The notes under the pieces were generated by a model that saw nothing but the letters and a program-made list of their open reading frames with translations, ran no database searches and had not been told where the DNA came from. The translations under genes were made by a program, and so were the position numbers. From Vicinamibacterales bacterium (lineage in GTDB: Bacteria; Acidobacteriota; Vicinamibacteria; Vicinamibacterales; JAMQPK01), in NCBI GenBank assembly GCA_963730445.1, contig CAVSRX010000004.1, forward strand, positions 73,539 through 137,538: a DNA stretch of 64,000 bases, read 5' to 3'. Shown here one piece after another: positions 33,536-43,427 of this stretch. How positions within the stretch are numbered: position 1 is the stretch's first letter; each line of letters starts with the position of its first letter.

Positions 33536-34843
33536 CTAGTCACGAGTGACTTGAGCCTGGGAAATGACGTAATCCATCGTTTTTTCGCGTCGCAGCCCGG
33601 CCGAAAGACGCGACAACGCGCCCTCTTTCTCGAGACGCGCCCGCACCGCCGCAGGCGTCAGCCCGCTGCGCTCGGCGTACTGCGCCACGTCCTTCTCGAC
33701 GTCCTCCTCGGACACCGTCACGTTCTCGCGCCGGGAGATTTCGTCGAGCGCCAGCGCGCTCTTGACCGACTCGCGGCTCGCCTCGCGCTGGCTGTCGCGG
33801 AACTGATCCCAGTCAATGTTCGCCCGCCGCGGATCGATCTTCTGGTCCATCAGGCGGCGCGCGAATTCTTCGGTGCGGCGGTCGAGCTCGCGCTCGACGA
33901 GCGACTCGGGAATGTCGGCGGTCACGCGCGCGGCGAGCTCTTTCATGAGATCGCTGCGGAGATTCCTATCGGCTTCCGCCTCCGCCTCGCGCTGCAAATC
34001 GTGCAAGACGCGATCGCGGAGCGCCTGCAGCGTCTCGAACTCGCCGACATCCTTCGCAAACTCGTCGTCGAGCACCGGCAGGACGCGTGTGCGGAGATCC
34101 TTCACTGTGACTGAATACTCCACACTGGTGCCGGCCATTTCCTTCACCGCGTAGTCCTCGGGGTAGTGAACGGTGAAGGTCTTGCTGGCCCCCAACTCGA
34201 GCCCCTTCAGGTTCTCGTCGAACCCCGGCGGGTTCGCTTTGCCGCCGATTTCGACCACCACGTCATGATGATGCTCGGGGGCGCTGGGGGCGTTGGGTGC
34301 GTCAGGGGCGTCAGGTGCGTTGGGTGCCATACGCTCGACGTCGAGCGTCACGGTATCGCCATCCTCGACGCCGCGCCCTTCGACAGGCTCGTACCGGGCT
34401 GCGCGGCCCTGCAGCTGCGTCAGCGTCTGTTCGACGGCGTTCTCTTCGAGCGTCACCGCGGGGCGCCGCAGCGAAATCGTATTCAGCGGCCCGGGATCGA
34501 TGGGCGGCAGCGTCTCGAACGTGGCGGTAAACGTGAGCGCCTGCCCTTCGTCGAGCGTCACATCCTTCACGTCGGGCGTGTCGACCGGCTCGAGGCCGCG
34601 CTCGCGCAGCGCCTCGTCGATGGCGCGCGGGATGAGGTCGTGCGCGACGTCGTGGAGAATCTGCTCGCGGAATCGCTTCTTGATGAGCGTCGGCGGCACC
34701 TTGCCCTGGCGGAATCCGGGAATGCGCGCCTGCCGGCTGTAGCTGCGGGCGACGCGATCGATTTCTGCATCGACGATGTCGCTCGGAATCTCGACGGCAA
34801 CGCTCTTCTTGGTTTCAGTGAGATCGGCGAATTCGGTTTTCAC
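33536..34843 (-). CDS. tig: Trigger factor
   Basis: IPGFRQGKVP signature, FKBP domain, LDDEFAK; GTG start 34843; upstream of clpP. Confidence 0.96.
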   Translation of the reverse strand: MKTEFADLTETKKSVAVEIPSDIVDAEIDRVARSYSRQARIPGFRQGKVPPTLIKKRFREQILHDVAHDLIPRAIDEALRERGLEPVDTPDVKDVTLDEGQALTFTATFETLPPIDPGPLNTISLRRPAVTLEENAVEQTLTQLQGRAARYEPVEGRGVEDGDTVTLDVERMAPNAPDAPDAPNAPSAPEHHHDVVVEIGGKANPPGFDENLKGLELGASKTFTVHYPEDYAVKEMAGTSVEYSVTVKDLRTRVLPVLDDEFAKDVGEFETLQALRDRVLHDLQREAEAEADRNLRSDLMKELAARVTADIPESLVERELDRRTEEFARRLMDQKIDPRRANIDWDQFRDSQREASRESVKSALALDEISRRENVTVSEEDVEKDVAQYAERSGLTPAAVRARLEKEGALSRLSAGLRREKTMDYVISQAQVTRD

Positions 34844-34876
34844 TACCGAATTATACCTTTGAGTACGTCGATGATT

Positions 34877-34960
34877 TGCGAAAGGGGGGAGTCGAACCCC
34901 CAAGGCCTTTCGGCCACCGGATCCTAAGTCCGGCGCGTCTGCCAGTTCCGCCACTTTCGC
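34877..34960 (-). tRNA. tRNA-Leu (anticodon TAG)
   Basis: GCGAAAG acceptor, TGGCGGAACTGGCAGACGC D-arm, CCGGA-CTTAGGA-TCCGG anticodon arm, long variable arm, GGGGG-TTCGACT-CCCCC T-arm; CCA not encoded. Confidence 0.96.
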
Positions 34961-35238
34961 ACGCGAGGTCCTGTCCTGGAACGAGGATGTGACTAGGCTA
35001 CACTGGCCCGCCTTGCGCACCAACCCGTACGACGCCGCGCAATCGTCGACGTCGGATGCGGTGCCGGAGCATCTTCCCGACGCCTCTCGCACCCGTCGTC
35101 CTGGGCCGCGCAATCATTGCCGCCACCCTCCGCCGAAGGCTCGGTCGAGCCGATAAGGTGTAGCAGAAAGAAGCTGTTGCAGTCCTTCCGATGGGACTCA
35201 CAGGGCGAAGCTGTACCTGTCTGGCTGATTATCTTCTG

Positions 35239-36459
35239 ATGATGCTGAAAACAAAGAGTTTATGGGCGCTGTTCGGTGGCGCGCTGCTGACGGCGGCGCC
35301 GGCGTCGGCTCAGATTACGGCTCCGCGCGAAGCGGCGCAAATCGCATTCGGACCGCTCTCGTTGTATCCGAGTCTGCAGATCGTGGACGTGGGCGTCGAC
35401 GACAACGTGTTCAACGACGGTGAGGCGCCGCAGACCGATTACACGATGACCGTCGCGTCGAGAGTCCTCGCGGTTATCCGTCTTGGCTCGAACGAGCTGA
35501 TGTTGCAGTCCGGCAACGACTACGTGTGGTTCCAGGAATTCGACAGCGAGCGATCCAGCAACGCGCAGTACGCGGTGCGATTCAACTTGTCGGCGAGCCG
35601 GTTCAAGCCGTTCATCGGCGCCGAGCGCCTGCGCACGCGGGTTCGCCGCGGGCCCGAGATGGACGCCCGCGCGCGCCGCATCGACCGCGCGCTCGTCAGC
35701 GGCTTCGCCTTCGAGCTGTCGCCGCGCACGGCGCTGACGGCAGGGGTCCGGTTCGATGAGGCACGTTACGAAGAGGGAGAGCGTTTCCGCGGCGTCGCCC
35801 TGGACGAGGCGTTGAATCGAACCGGCCGCACCGCCGACGCCGGCGTCCGGTACACCATCACGGCGCTGACGACGTTGAACGTGACGGCTGGATACGAAGA
35901 GCAGACGTTCGACGAGTCGCACATCCGCGACCTGAAGCGCTATACGGTCGGACCCACCCTCGAGTTCAGCCCCGAGGCGGCTATTCGCGGCCGCGCCGTG
36001 ATGGCCTTAGAGCTCTTCAAGCCGAACAACCCCGAACTTGGCGAGCAGGTGGGCCTCGCCTATCAGGCGCAACTCAATTGGTCCCTCTACGGACGCACGC
36101 TCTTCGATCTCGGAGCGGGCAGGAATATCAGTTACTCTTATCTAGACACCGAGCCTTATTACCTGCTGACGAACGCGAGGCTGACTGTGACCCAGCCGTT
36201 GCCTCGATGGTTCGATCTCTATGGCGGGTTCGACTGGGAACACATGGCTTTCCGGTGGCGTCGCGGCATCGCTGCCGCGCCTGGTGAGTCGGACCGCATC
36301 GACCGGCAGATCTCGGCACACGGCGGCGTCGGCATACGCTTCGGGCGCGGCTTTCAGATGAGGATCGGCGTCGAAAAGACACGACGGCGTTCGGTCGAAG
36401 AACCGCTGCAGAATTTCAAGCGCACGCGCATCTTGAGTACCGTCACGATAGGCTCCTGA
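35239..36459 (+). CDS. Polysaccharide-locus outer-membrane beta-barrel protein
   Basis: Signal peptide ending ASA-Q, DDNVF motif, alternating amphipathic beta strands; first gene before Wza. Confidence 0.8.
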   Translation: MMLKTKSLWALFGGALLTAAPASAQITAPREAAQIAFGPLSLYPSLQIVDVGVDDNVFNDGEAPQTDYTMTVASRVLAVIRLGSNELMLQSGNDYVWFQEFDSERSSNAQYAVRFNLSASRFKPFIGAERLRTRVRRGPEMDARARRIDRALVSGFAFELSPRTALTAGVRFDEARYEEGERFRGVALDEALNRTGRTADAGVRYTITALTTLNVTAGYEEQTFDESHIRDLKRYTVGPTLEFSPEAAIRGRAVMALELFKPNNPELGEQVGLAYQAQLNWSLYGRTLFDLGAGRNISYSYLDTEPYYLLTNARLTVTQPLPRWFDLYGGFDWEHMAFRWRRGIAAAPGESDRIDRQISAHGGVGIRFGRGFQMRIGVEKTRRRSVEEPLQNFKRTRILSTVTIGS

Positions 36460-36470
36460 GGAACGCAACA

Positions 36471-37340
36471 ATGGCACCTTTACTCGTACTTCTGATCTTC
36501 GCAGGCGGATGCACTCAGGCGTTCGCGCAGGCGGCGCCGCCGGCCTCCGCCACGTCACCTGCGGCGAAGCCGCCTGCCCAGGCAGCGCCAGTGTCGCCTG
36601 ACACCGACTACCTCGTCGGGCCGCGGGACATCATCGCCGTGAGGATTTACGGCGAAGAGAAGCTGTCGGGCAGAATCCGGATCGACAACGACGGCTCGTT
36701 TCCATTCGAGTACCTCGGCCGGGTCAAGGCGGACGGGATGACGACCGGACAAATTGAGGCCTACCTGACCAAGGCGCTCGGCGATGGGTATCTCCGCGCT
36801 CCACAGGTGTCGGTCGAGGTGGTCGAGTATCGAAGCCAGAGCGTCTTTGTGACGGGCGAAGTGCGAGCGCCGAACAAGTACTCGCTGCAGGGGAACTCGA
36901 CGCTGATGGACGCGCTGACGCTGGCGGGATCGATCACGACGAACGCCGGCAACTGGGTGCAGATTACGCACGCCCGCCAGGGCGTGGACGCGCTGGGACC
37001 GTCGGCATCGGTCGAGTACGACATGCGCGTGAACCTGCGCGACATTCAGACCGGCAAGGCGCAGAACATCAAGATGCGCGATGGCGACACGATCTTCGTG
37101 CCGAAGGCCGAGCGCATCTCTGTCGTCGGGCAAGTGCGGAACACGGGGTTCGTCACCTTCGAAGAAGGGATGACAGTGTTCGAGGCGATCGCGGCGGCGG
37201 GAGGGATTACCGAGAAGGGCTCGAACAGCCGCATCTCGATCATTCGCATCGAGAAGGGGCAGCGCAGGGAGATCGATGCGCGTCAGACCGACGTGTTGAA
37301 GCCGGGCGACCAGGTGAATGTGAAACCCCGCCGTCTGTGA
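36471..37340 (+). CDS. Polysaccharide export protein (Poly_export + SLBB; Wza/OPX-like)
   Basis: DYLVGPRDII, DGSFPFEYLGRV, PQVSVEV, VTGEVRAP, AAAGG, LKPGD. Confidence 0.92.
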   Translation: MAPLLVLLIFAGGCTQAFAQAAPPASATSPAAKPPAQAAPVSPDTDYLVGPRDIIAVRIYGEEKLSGRIRIDNDGSFPFEYLGRVKADGMTTGQIEAYLTKALGDGYLRAPQVSVEVVEYRSQSVFVTGEVRAPNKYSLQGNSTLMDALTLAGSITTNAGNWVQITHARQGVDALGPSASVEYDMRVNLRDIQTGKAQNIKMRDGDTIFVPKAERISVVGQVRNTGFVTFEEGMTVFEAIAAAGGITEKGSNSRISIIRIEKGQRREIDARQTDVLKPGDQVNVKPRRL

Positions 37341-38557
37341 GAATTGTCTTCCTCAGCCCGAGCGGCGAGCTCGGGGGAGCGGAGACTGCGTTGCTGGACA
37401 TGCTCGCCGCGATTCGCGCGGCGCGCCCCGACTGGCCGCTCGCGATGATCGCGGCCTCCAATGGGCCGCTCGTCGGCAAAGCCTCCGCATTTGCCGACGC
37501 CGCGGCGATGCCCTTCCCGAGCGCGCTGGCCCGGCTCGGCGAATGGGGGACGCGCGGATCGATCGCCACTCGCCTCCGCCTCGGCGCCGCACTCGTTGCC
37601 GCATCTGCGCCCGCCCTCAGTTACGCGCGCAATCTGCGGCGACGTCTTCATGAGCTCAATCCCGACATCATTCACAGCAACGGTTTGAAAATGCATCTGC
37701 TCGGCGCTCGAGTACGGCCGCCGCACGCGAAGCTCGTGTGGCACCTGCACGACTATCCGGCGGCGCGGCGCCTCACCGCGAGGCTGCTGTCGAGCCAGAC
37801 GCACCGCTGTGACGCGATGCTCGCGAATTCGGAGAGCGTGGCCGCCGAGGCGCGGCAGACATTCGGCGCGCGCGTGCCGGTGCACACGGTCTACAACGCC
37901 GTCGACCTCGACCGATTCAATCCTGCGGGTCCACGCGTCGATCTCGACGCGCTCGCCGGCCTGCCGCCACTCGGTCCGGGTGGCATTCGTGTCGGGCTCG
38001 TCGCCACGTTCGCTCGCTGGAAAGGACACGCGGTGTTTCTCGACGCGCTCGCGCGCCTGCGGGATATCGCGAACGTGCGCGGCTACATCGTGGGCGACTC
38101 GATTTATCAGACCGATGCGAGCCAGTACTCGCTCGCGCAGCTGCGCGCGCAGGCGCACGCGCTCGGGTTGGGAGATCGCGTGGGCTTTACCGGGAAAGTC
38201 GACGATGTCTCCGCCGTGCTGCGCTCGCTCGACATTGCGGTGCACGCCAGCACCGAACCCGAGCCGTTCGGCCTCGTCATTGCCGAGGCGATGGCCTGCG
38301 GGCGCCCGATTGTGGTCAGCCGTGCCGGCGGCGCTGCCGAGATCGCGCAGGGCGGCGCTGTGTTTCACGAGTCTGGCAACAACGCCGAGCTGGCCGAGTG
38401 CGTGCGCGGGCTTGCCGGCGATTCCGCGCGGCGCGCGGCACTGGGCATTGACGGACGCGCGGCGGCCGTCCGGTTGTTCAACGGCGTCCGCCTGCGCGAG
38501 ACGCTCATTCCGATCTACGACGCGCTCGCGGGCGCCGCGCTCCACCACGATGTCTGA
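37337..38557 (+). CDS. Glycosyltransferase family 4
   Basis: GGAE, WKGH, EPFGLVIAEAMACG. Confidence 0.92.
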   Translation: MRIVFLSPSGELGGAETALLDMLAAIRAARPDWPLAMIAASNGPLVGKASAFADAAAMPFPSALARLGEWGTRGSIATRLRLGAALVAASAPALSYARNLRRRLHELNPDIIHSNGLKMHLLGARVRPPHAKLVWHLHDYPAARRLTARLLSSQTHRCDAMLANSESVAAEARQTFGARVPVHTVYNAVDLDRFNPAGPRVDLDALAGLPPLGPGGIRVGLVATFARWKGHAVFLDALARLRDIANVRGYIVGDSIYQTDASQYSLAQLRAQAHALGLGDRVGFTGKVDDVSAVLRSLDIAVHASTEPEPFGLVIAEAMACGRPIVVSRAGGAAEIAQGGAVFHESGNNAELAECVRGLAGDSARRAALGIDGRAAAVRLFNGVRLRETLIPIYDALAGAALHHDV

Positions 38558-39087
38558 CACGGCTGACATGCTCGAGGTGCTCAATCTGGGCAGCGGCCGG
38601 CAGCGCATGGCCGGGGCGGTGAACGTCGACATCAGCGATCAGGTGGGCGCCGACGTCGTGCATGACTTGACCGTCCTGCCGTGGCCGCTCCCCTCGGATC
38701 GCTTCCGCGAAGTACACGCGCAGGACGTCATCGAGCACTTGAGCGACACGATCCGCGTGATGGAAGAGATTCACCGCATCTCGCGGAATGGGGCGCGGGT
38801 GCACATCACGGTGCCGCACTTTTCGTCGGCCAACGCGTATACGGATCCGACGCACTGCCGCCTGTTCAGCTACTTCACCTTCGATTACTTCGACCCTGGC
38901 CACAAATTCGGGTTTTACAGCGCGGCGCGGTTCAAGCGCGTCAGGGCGCAGATTGTCTTTCAGCCGTCGATGACGAACACGATCGTACGGCGCCTTGCGA
39001 ATCGCCGGCCGTTCGCGTACCGAGCAGCGCTGGGCATGGATGTTTCCGGCCTGGTTTCTGTCGGTCGATCTCGAGGTGATCAAATGA
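38550..39087 (+). CDS. Class I SAM-dependent methyltransferase, frameshift near 39020
   Basis: LNLGSG, VHDL..PWP, VIEHL, EEIHRI, DPTH; corrected end EQRWAWMFPAWFLSVDLEVIK*. Confidence 0.85.
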
Positions 39088-39949
39088 ACACGAGAGCCGT
39101 CTCGGTCCGCACGCTGCGCCCGACCGCCGGATGGGTCGCCATCGACCTGCACGAGCTGGTCGAGTTCAAGGACCTGATCCTCGAGTTCGCGCGGCGCGAT
39201 ATCAAGCTCCGGTACCGGCAGACCGTGCTGGGCATCGCGTGGGTCGTCCTGCAGCCGATTGTCGCCGCCGGTGTGCTGAACTTCGCGTTCGGCGTCGTGG
39301 CCGGCGCGCGGCCGCGGGGCCCGTCCTATTTTCTGTTTACGTTCGCCGGGCTGCTCGTGTGGAACCTGTTCAGCATGACGCTGAACAAGACGAGCCTGTC
39401 GCTGGTCGGCAATTCGTACCTGATCAGCAAGGTGTACTTCCCGAGGCTGGCGCTGCCGATCTCGGGCACCTTGTCCACGCTGCTCGACTTTGCCGTCGCG
39501 CTCTGCGTCCTGTTCGTGATGCAGGCGTTGTACGGCGTGGCGCCCGAATGGCAGTTGCTGCTGCTGCCCGTGTGGATTGCCATGGTATTGTCGCTGGCGC
39601 TCGGCGTCGGGCTGATCGCCGCGGCGCTGACCGTGCAGTACCGCGACATCCAGCACATCCTGCCCATCCTGATTCCCTTCATGCTGTACGCGAGCCCGGT
39701 GGCGTACGACGTGACGCAGATTCCCGAGAGCTATCAGCTGGGGCATACGCGCTCAACCTGCAGCAGTTGTTCTATTTCGTCAATCCGCTCGCGGCGCCGA
39801 TCGTGGCGTTCCGCGCGTCGCTGTTGCCAACGGCTCCGATGCCTCCGCTGCCGTATCTGGTGTGGTCGGCCGCGGTCGCGGGCGGGCTGTTCGTGTTCGG
39901 CGCCGCCGTCTTCAAGCGGACGGAACGGAGATTCGCCGATGTCGTCTAG
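39084..39949 (+). CDS. ABC polysaccharide exporter permease (Wzm-like), frameshift near 39740
   Basis: RDIKLRYRQTVLGIAWVVLQP, LISKVYFPR, YRDIQH, YASPVAY, NPL, ERRFADVV. Confidence 0.92.
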
Positions 39950-41222
39950 CGATCTCGCCATCTCCATTCGCGGGGTCGGCAAGAAGTACACGATTCGCCA
40001 CGATTACACGGCGCCGACGACGCTCGGCGAGGCGATTGTGCGGCGGCTGCGGCATCCGTTCGCCCGCGTGGAGCGCGAGCCATTCTGGGCCCTCAGAGAT
40101 GTGTCGTTCGACGTGCGGCGCGGCGAGGCGCTGGCGCTGATCGGCATCAACGGCGCGGGCAAGAGCACGCTGCTGAAGATTCTGTCGCGCATCACCGAGA
40201 TGTCCGAGGGGCAGGTCGATCTCTACGGCCGCGTCGGCAGCCTGCTGGAGGTCGGCACCGGATTCAATCAGGAGCTGACGGGGCGCGAGAACGTCTTTCT
40301 CAACGGCGCGATCCTGGGCATGACACGCGCCGAGATTCGCCGGCAGTTCGATGCGATCGTCGCGTTCGCCGGCGTCGAGCGGTTTCTCGACACGCCGGTG
40401 AAGCATTACAGCAGTGGCATGTATGTGCGGCTCGCCTTTGCCGTGGCGGCGCACCTTCGCAGCGAGATTCTGATCGTCGACGAAGTGCTGGCAGTGGGCG
40501 ATCTCGAGTTTCAGCGGAAGTGCCTGGGCAAGATGCGCGACGTCGCGTCTGACGGGCGCACGGTGCTGCTGGTGAGCCACAACATGACGGCCGTCGGAAA
40601 CCTGTGCTCGCGAGCCGTCGTCCTGCGCTCGGGGCGCGTCGCGTTCGACGGCGACGTGGCGCATGCCATCGCCGAGTACTCCGCGCGCGAGGGAGCGGCG
40701 CTCATCGGCGATCTGCGCGATCGCCACGATCGTGCCGGAAAAGGAGAAATTCGCTCCACGAGCATTGCGTTGCGAGGCTCCGACGGCGAGCTCACGCGCG
40801 CGGTGCGTCCGTATGAGCCGTTCGAGATTCTGGTGTCGTACGAGGCGAAGGTGCCGCTGGCCGGCGTCGATGTCAGCATCAATATCGAAGCGCCCGACGG
40901 CTCGAGGATCGTGACGTTGTTCAGCGGTTTCAAGAACGAGAGCTTCGACGTGAAGCCGGGCAGCGGCACGCTCGTGTGCCGTGTAGCAGGCCTTCCACTG
41001 CGGCCCGATACCTACGGCATCAACGTCTTCTTCGGCGGGAATCATGCGTTCTACGACCACGTGGAGCGCGCCGTGTCCTTCGATATTGCGCCGCACGATG
41101 TATACGGCACCGGCCGTCTGCCGCAGTGGAACGAGGGGCCGCTTCTCGCGAGCTATCGCTGGGTGGCGGCGGACGGCGATCGCGAAAGCAGTGATCTGAG
41201 TGCGCGTTCTGCACGTTCATAG
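39939..41222 (+). CDS. ABC polysaccharide exporter ATPase with C-terminal extension (Wzt-like)
   Basis: FWALRDVSF, GINGAGKST, LTGREN, YSSGMYVRLAF, DEVLAVGD; ~170-aa C-terminal Wzt_C-like domain. Confidence 0.93.
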   Translation: MSSSDLAISIRGVGKKYTIRHDYTAPTTLGEAIVRRLRHPFARVEREPFWALRDVSFDVRRGEALALIGINGAGKSTLLKILSRITEMSEGQVDLYGRVGSLLEVGTGFNQELTGRENVFLNGAILGMTRAEIRRQFDAIVAFAGVERFLDTPVKHYSSGMYVRLAFAVAAHLRSEILIVDEVLAVGDLEFQRKCLGKMRDVASDGRTVLLVSHNMTAVGNLCSRAVVLRSGRVAFDGDVAHAIAEYSAREGAALIGDLRDRHDRAGKGEIRSTSIALRGSDGELTRAVRPYEPFEILVSYEAKVPLAGVDVSINIEAPDGSRIVTLFSGFKNESFDVKPGSGTLVCRVAGLPLRPDTYGINVFFGGNHAFYDHVERAVSFDIAPHDVYGTGRLPQWNEGPLLASYRWVAADGDRESSDLSARSARS

Positions 41223-42342
41223 CGGAAATCTGTACGGCGGGGTCGAGACGTTTCTGCTGTCGCTCGCGCGATTCAAGGCGCTTGCGCCGAAGATGGACAT
41301 GTCGGTCGCGCTGACGTCGGATGGCCGGATCGCCGCGGAGCTGCGGGACGCGGGAGTGCCGGTTGCCATTCTGGGCGAGGCGCGGATCTCACGCCCGTTC
41401 TCGGTGAGGCGCGCGCGGCGCGCGCTCGCCTCGGTGCTGCGGACCCAGCGCCCCGATGTCGTCGTCTGTCATCAGGCGTGGCCGCTCGCGCTGTTCGGCC
41501 CTGTTGCGAAACGTCATGCCATCGCGCCCGTCCTGTGGATGCACATGGCCGCGGGCCGCCACTGGCTCGATCGGCTTGCGTGGCGCGTCGCCCCTGGCAC
41601 GGTCGTCTGCAACAGCCACTTCACCGCGTCGACGCTGCCCGCGTCGAAGGCGCGCGTCGAAGTCGTGTACGCGCCGGTCGAGGCGAACGCCGCGCGCGTG
41701 CCGCGCACAACGGCATCGGACAACGGCCGCGTCGTGATCATTCAGGTCAGCAGGATGGAACCACTGAAAGGCCACGCCGTACTGCTCGACGCACTTGCCC
41801 AATTGCGCGACCGCGAGGGATGGACGTGCCGCCTCGCAGGTGGCGCACAGCGTCCGCACGAGGCGCAGTACATGCAGTCGCTCCGCGCGCAGGCGGCCGC
41901 GCTCGGCATCGCCGATCGCGTCGAATTTCTCGGCGACCGCTCCGATATTCCGGGTCTGCTGGCGTGCGCCGACATCTACTGTCAGCCGAACATCGAGCCC
42001 GACGCGTTCGGACTCAGCCTGATCGAAGCGCTGGCGGCGGGGCTTCCGGTCGTGACGTCCGCGCTCGGCGGCGCGAAGGAAATCGTCGACGAGACGTGCG
42101 GCGTGCTCGTCGCACCGCGCGACGCGGCGGCGCTGGCGTCGCAGCTGTCCGGGCTGCTCGAGAATCGCGGCCATCGCGAGCGGCTCGGCGCGAACGGCCC
42201 GCAGCGGGCGCGCGCGCTGTGCGATCCGGCCGCGCAGATGCCGCGCATCGCCGAGATTCTGCAGCGGGCGGCCGCGCACGAGCGCAGCGCGCGGGCATTG
42301 GGCCCCGCAAGCGGAGCGAGGGCCCCCGGCGCTAAGAAATGA
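41200..42342 (+). CDS. Glycosyltransferase family 4
   Basis: GGVE, RMEPLKG, DAFGLSLIEALAAG. Confidence 0.92.
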   Translation: MRVLHVHSGNLYGGVETFLLSLARFKALAPKMDMSVALTSDGRIAAELRDAGVPVAILGEARISRPFSVRRARRALASVLRTQRPDVVVCHQAWPLALFGPVAKRHAIAPVLWMHMAAGRHWLDRLAWRVAPGTVVCNSHFTASTLPASKARVEVVYAPVEANAARVPRTTASDNGRVVIIQVSRMEPLKGHAVLLDALAQLRDREGWTCRLAGGAQRPHEAQYMQSLRAQAAALGIADRVEFLGDRSDIPGLLACADIYCQPNIEPDAFGLSLIEALAAGLPVVTSALGGAKEIVDETCGVLVAPRDAAALASQLSGLLENRGHRERLGANGPQRARALCDPAAQMPRIAEILQRAAAHERSARALGPASGARAPGAKK

Positions 42343-43427
42343 CGCCGATGAAGATTGCGGTGATCAGCTACCGGCTTCCCGTCGAAGGCGAAAAGCGCGG
42401 CGGCATCGAGCGGGTGGCGCACGTGCTCGCCAACGGGCTTGCGCATCGCGGCCACACAGTCGTGGTGTTCTCACACGATCGCGCACCGGCGGGCGCCGCC
42501 TACGAAGTGCGTCCGCTGCCGTGGAAATCGTTCATGGAGACCTGGGCCGGGCTTCGCATGACCGTCGGGTATCTGGGAAATCTGCTCGCGCTGCAAGTCG
42601 ATGTGCGCGAGTTCGATGTGGTCATCGCGCATGGCGACAGCCTGCTGCTCTCGATGGGGAAGAAGCCCGTCGTGCGCATCATGCACGGCAGCGCGCGGGG
42701 CGAAGCGGTGCATGCGACCTCGGCAGGCCGTGCGGTCCTGCAATGGGGTGTGTATCTGCAGGAACTGCTCACCGCCTTCATCTGTCCGTCGACCGTTGTC
42801 GGCGTCAGCGCCAACACGCAGAAAGACAATCCCTTCGTACGGCAGATCATTCCGCACGGCGTCGACACCGCCGTCTTTCAGCCGCTGCCCATCGAAAAGT
42901 CGCCGCATCCCTCGATCGTCTTTGTCGGCGCGGTCGACGGACGGAAGCGCGGCAGGTTTCTGCTGGAGATCTTCGCGCGCGTGATTCAGCGGGCGCATCC
43001 CGATGCGGAGTTGACGTTTGTCGGACCGAAGGGGCCGCCGCAGCCGGGCGTCACGTATGTCACCGGCGTGCCCGACCACGATCTCGCCGCGTTCTACCGC
43101 CGCGCGTGGGTCTGCGCGGCCCCCAGCACGTACGAAGGGTTCGGTCTTCCGTACCTCGAAGCCATGGCGTGCGGCACCGCTGTGATCGCCACGCCGAATC
43201 CGGGTAGCCGCGAAGTACTGGGCGAGGACTACACCGGGCTCGTGACCGACGCACAGTTTGCGCCGGCTCTTTTGAAGGTGCTGGCGGACGAAAGCAGGCG
43301 GCGCGCGCTCGAAATTGCCGGCATCCGGCGGGCCGCGGAGTTCTCCATCGACCGTATGATCGATCAGTACGAAACGCTCCTGAACAGTTTGCGAGGCGCG
43401 CATGCGCGATCAGTCGCTTCAGCCTAG
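42339..43427 (+). CDS. Glycosyltransferase family 4
   Basis: GGIER, EGFGLPYLEAMACG. Confidence 0.92.
   Translation: MTPMKIAVISYRLPVEGEKRGGIERVAHVLANGLAHRGHTVVVFSHDRAPAGAAYEVRPLPWKSFMETWAGLRMTVGYLGNLLALQVDVREFDVVIAHGDSLLLSMGKKPVVRIMHGSARGEAVHATSAGRAVLQWGVYLQELLTAFICPSTVVGVSANTQKDNPFVRQIIPHGVDTAVFQPLPIEKSPHPSIVFVGAVDGRKRGRFLLEIFARVIQRAHPDAELTFVGPKGPPQPGVTYVTGVPDHDLAAFYRRAWVCAAPSTYEGFGLPYLEAMACGTAVIATPNPGSREVLGEDYTGLVTDAQFAPALLKVLADESRRRALEIAGIRRAAEFSIDRMIDQYETLLNSLRGAHARSVASA

Noticed and set aside
34877-35239. tRNA-Leu as integration site for the polysaccharide locus
   Set aside because: The locus lies on the tRNA 5' side; I saw no integrase and no duplicated tRNA 3' end in the window.
37809-41222. 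1137-aa ORF looking like a methyltransferase-Wzm-Wzt fusion
   Set aside because: Each gene has its own overlapping start/stop (38550, 39084, 39939) and the correct C-termini lie in other frames; the fusion results from indels near 39020 and 39740.
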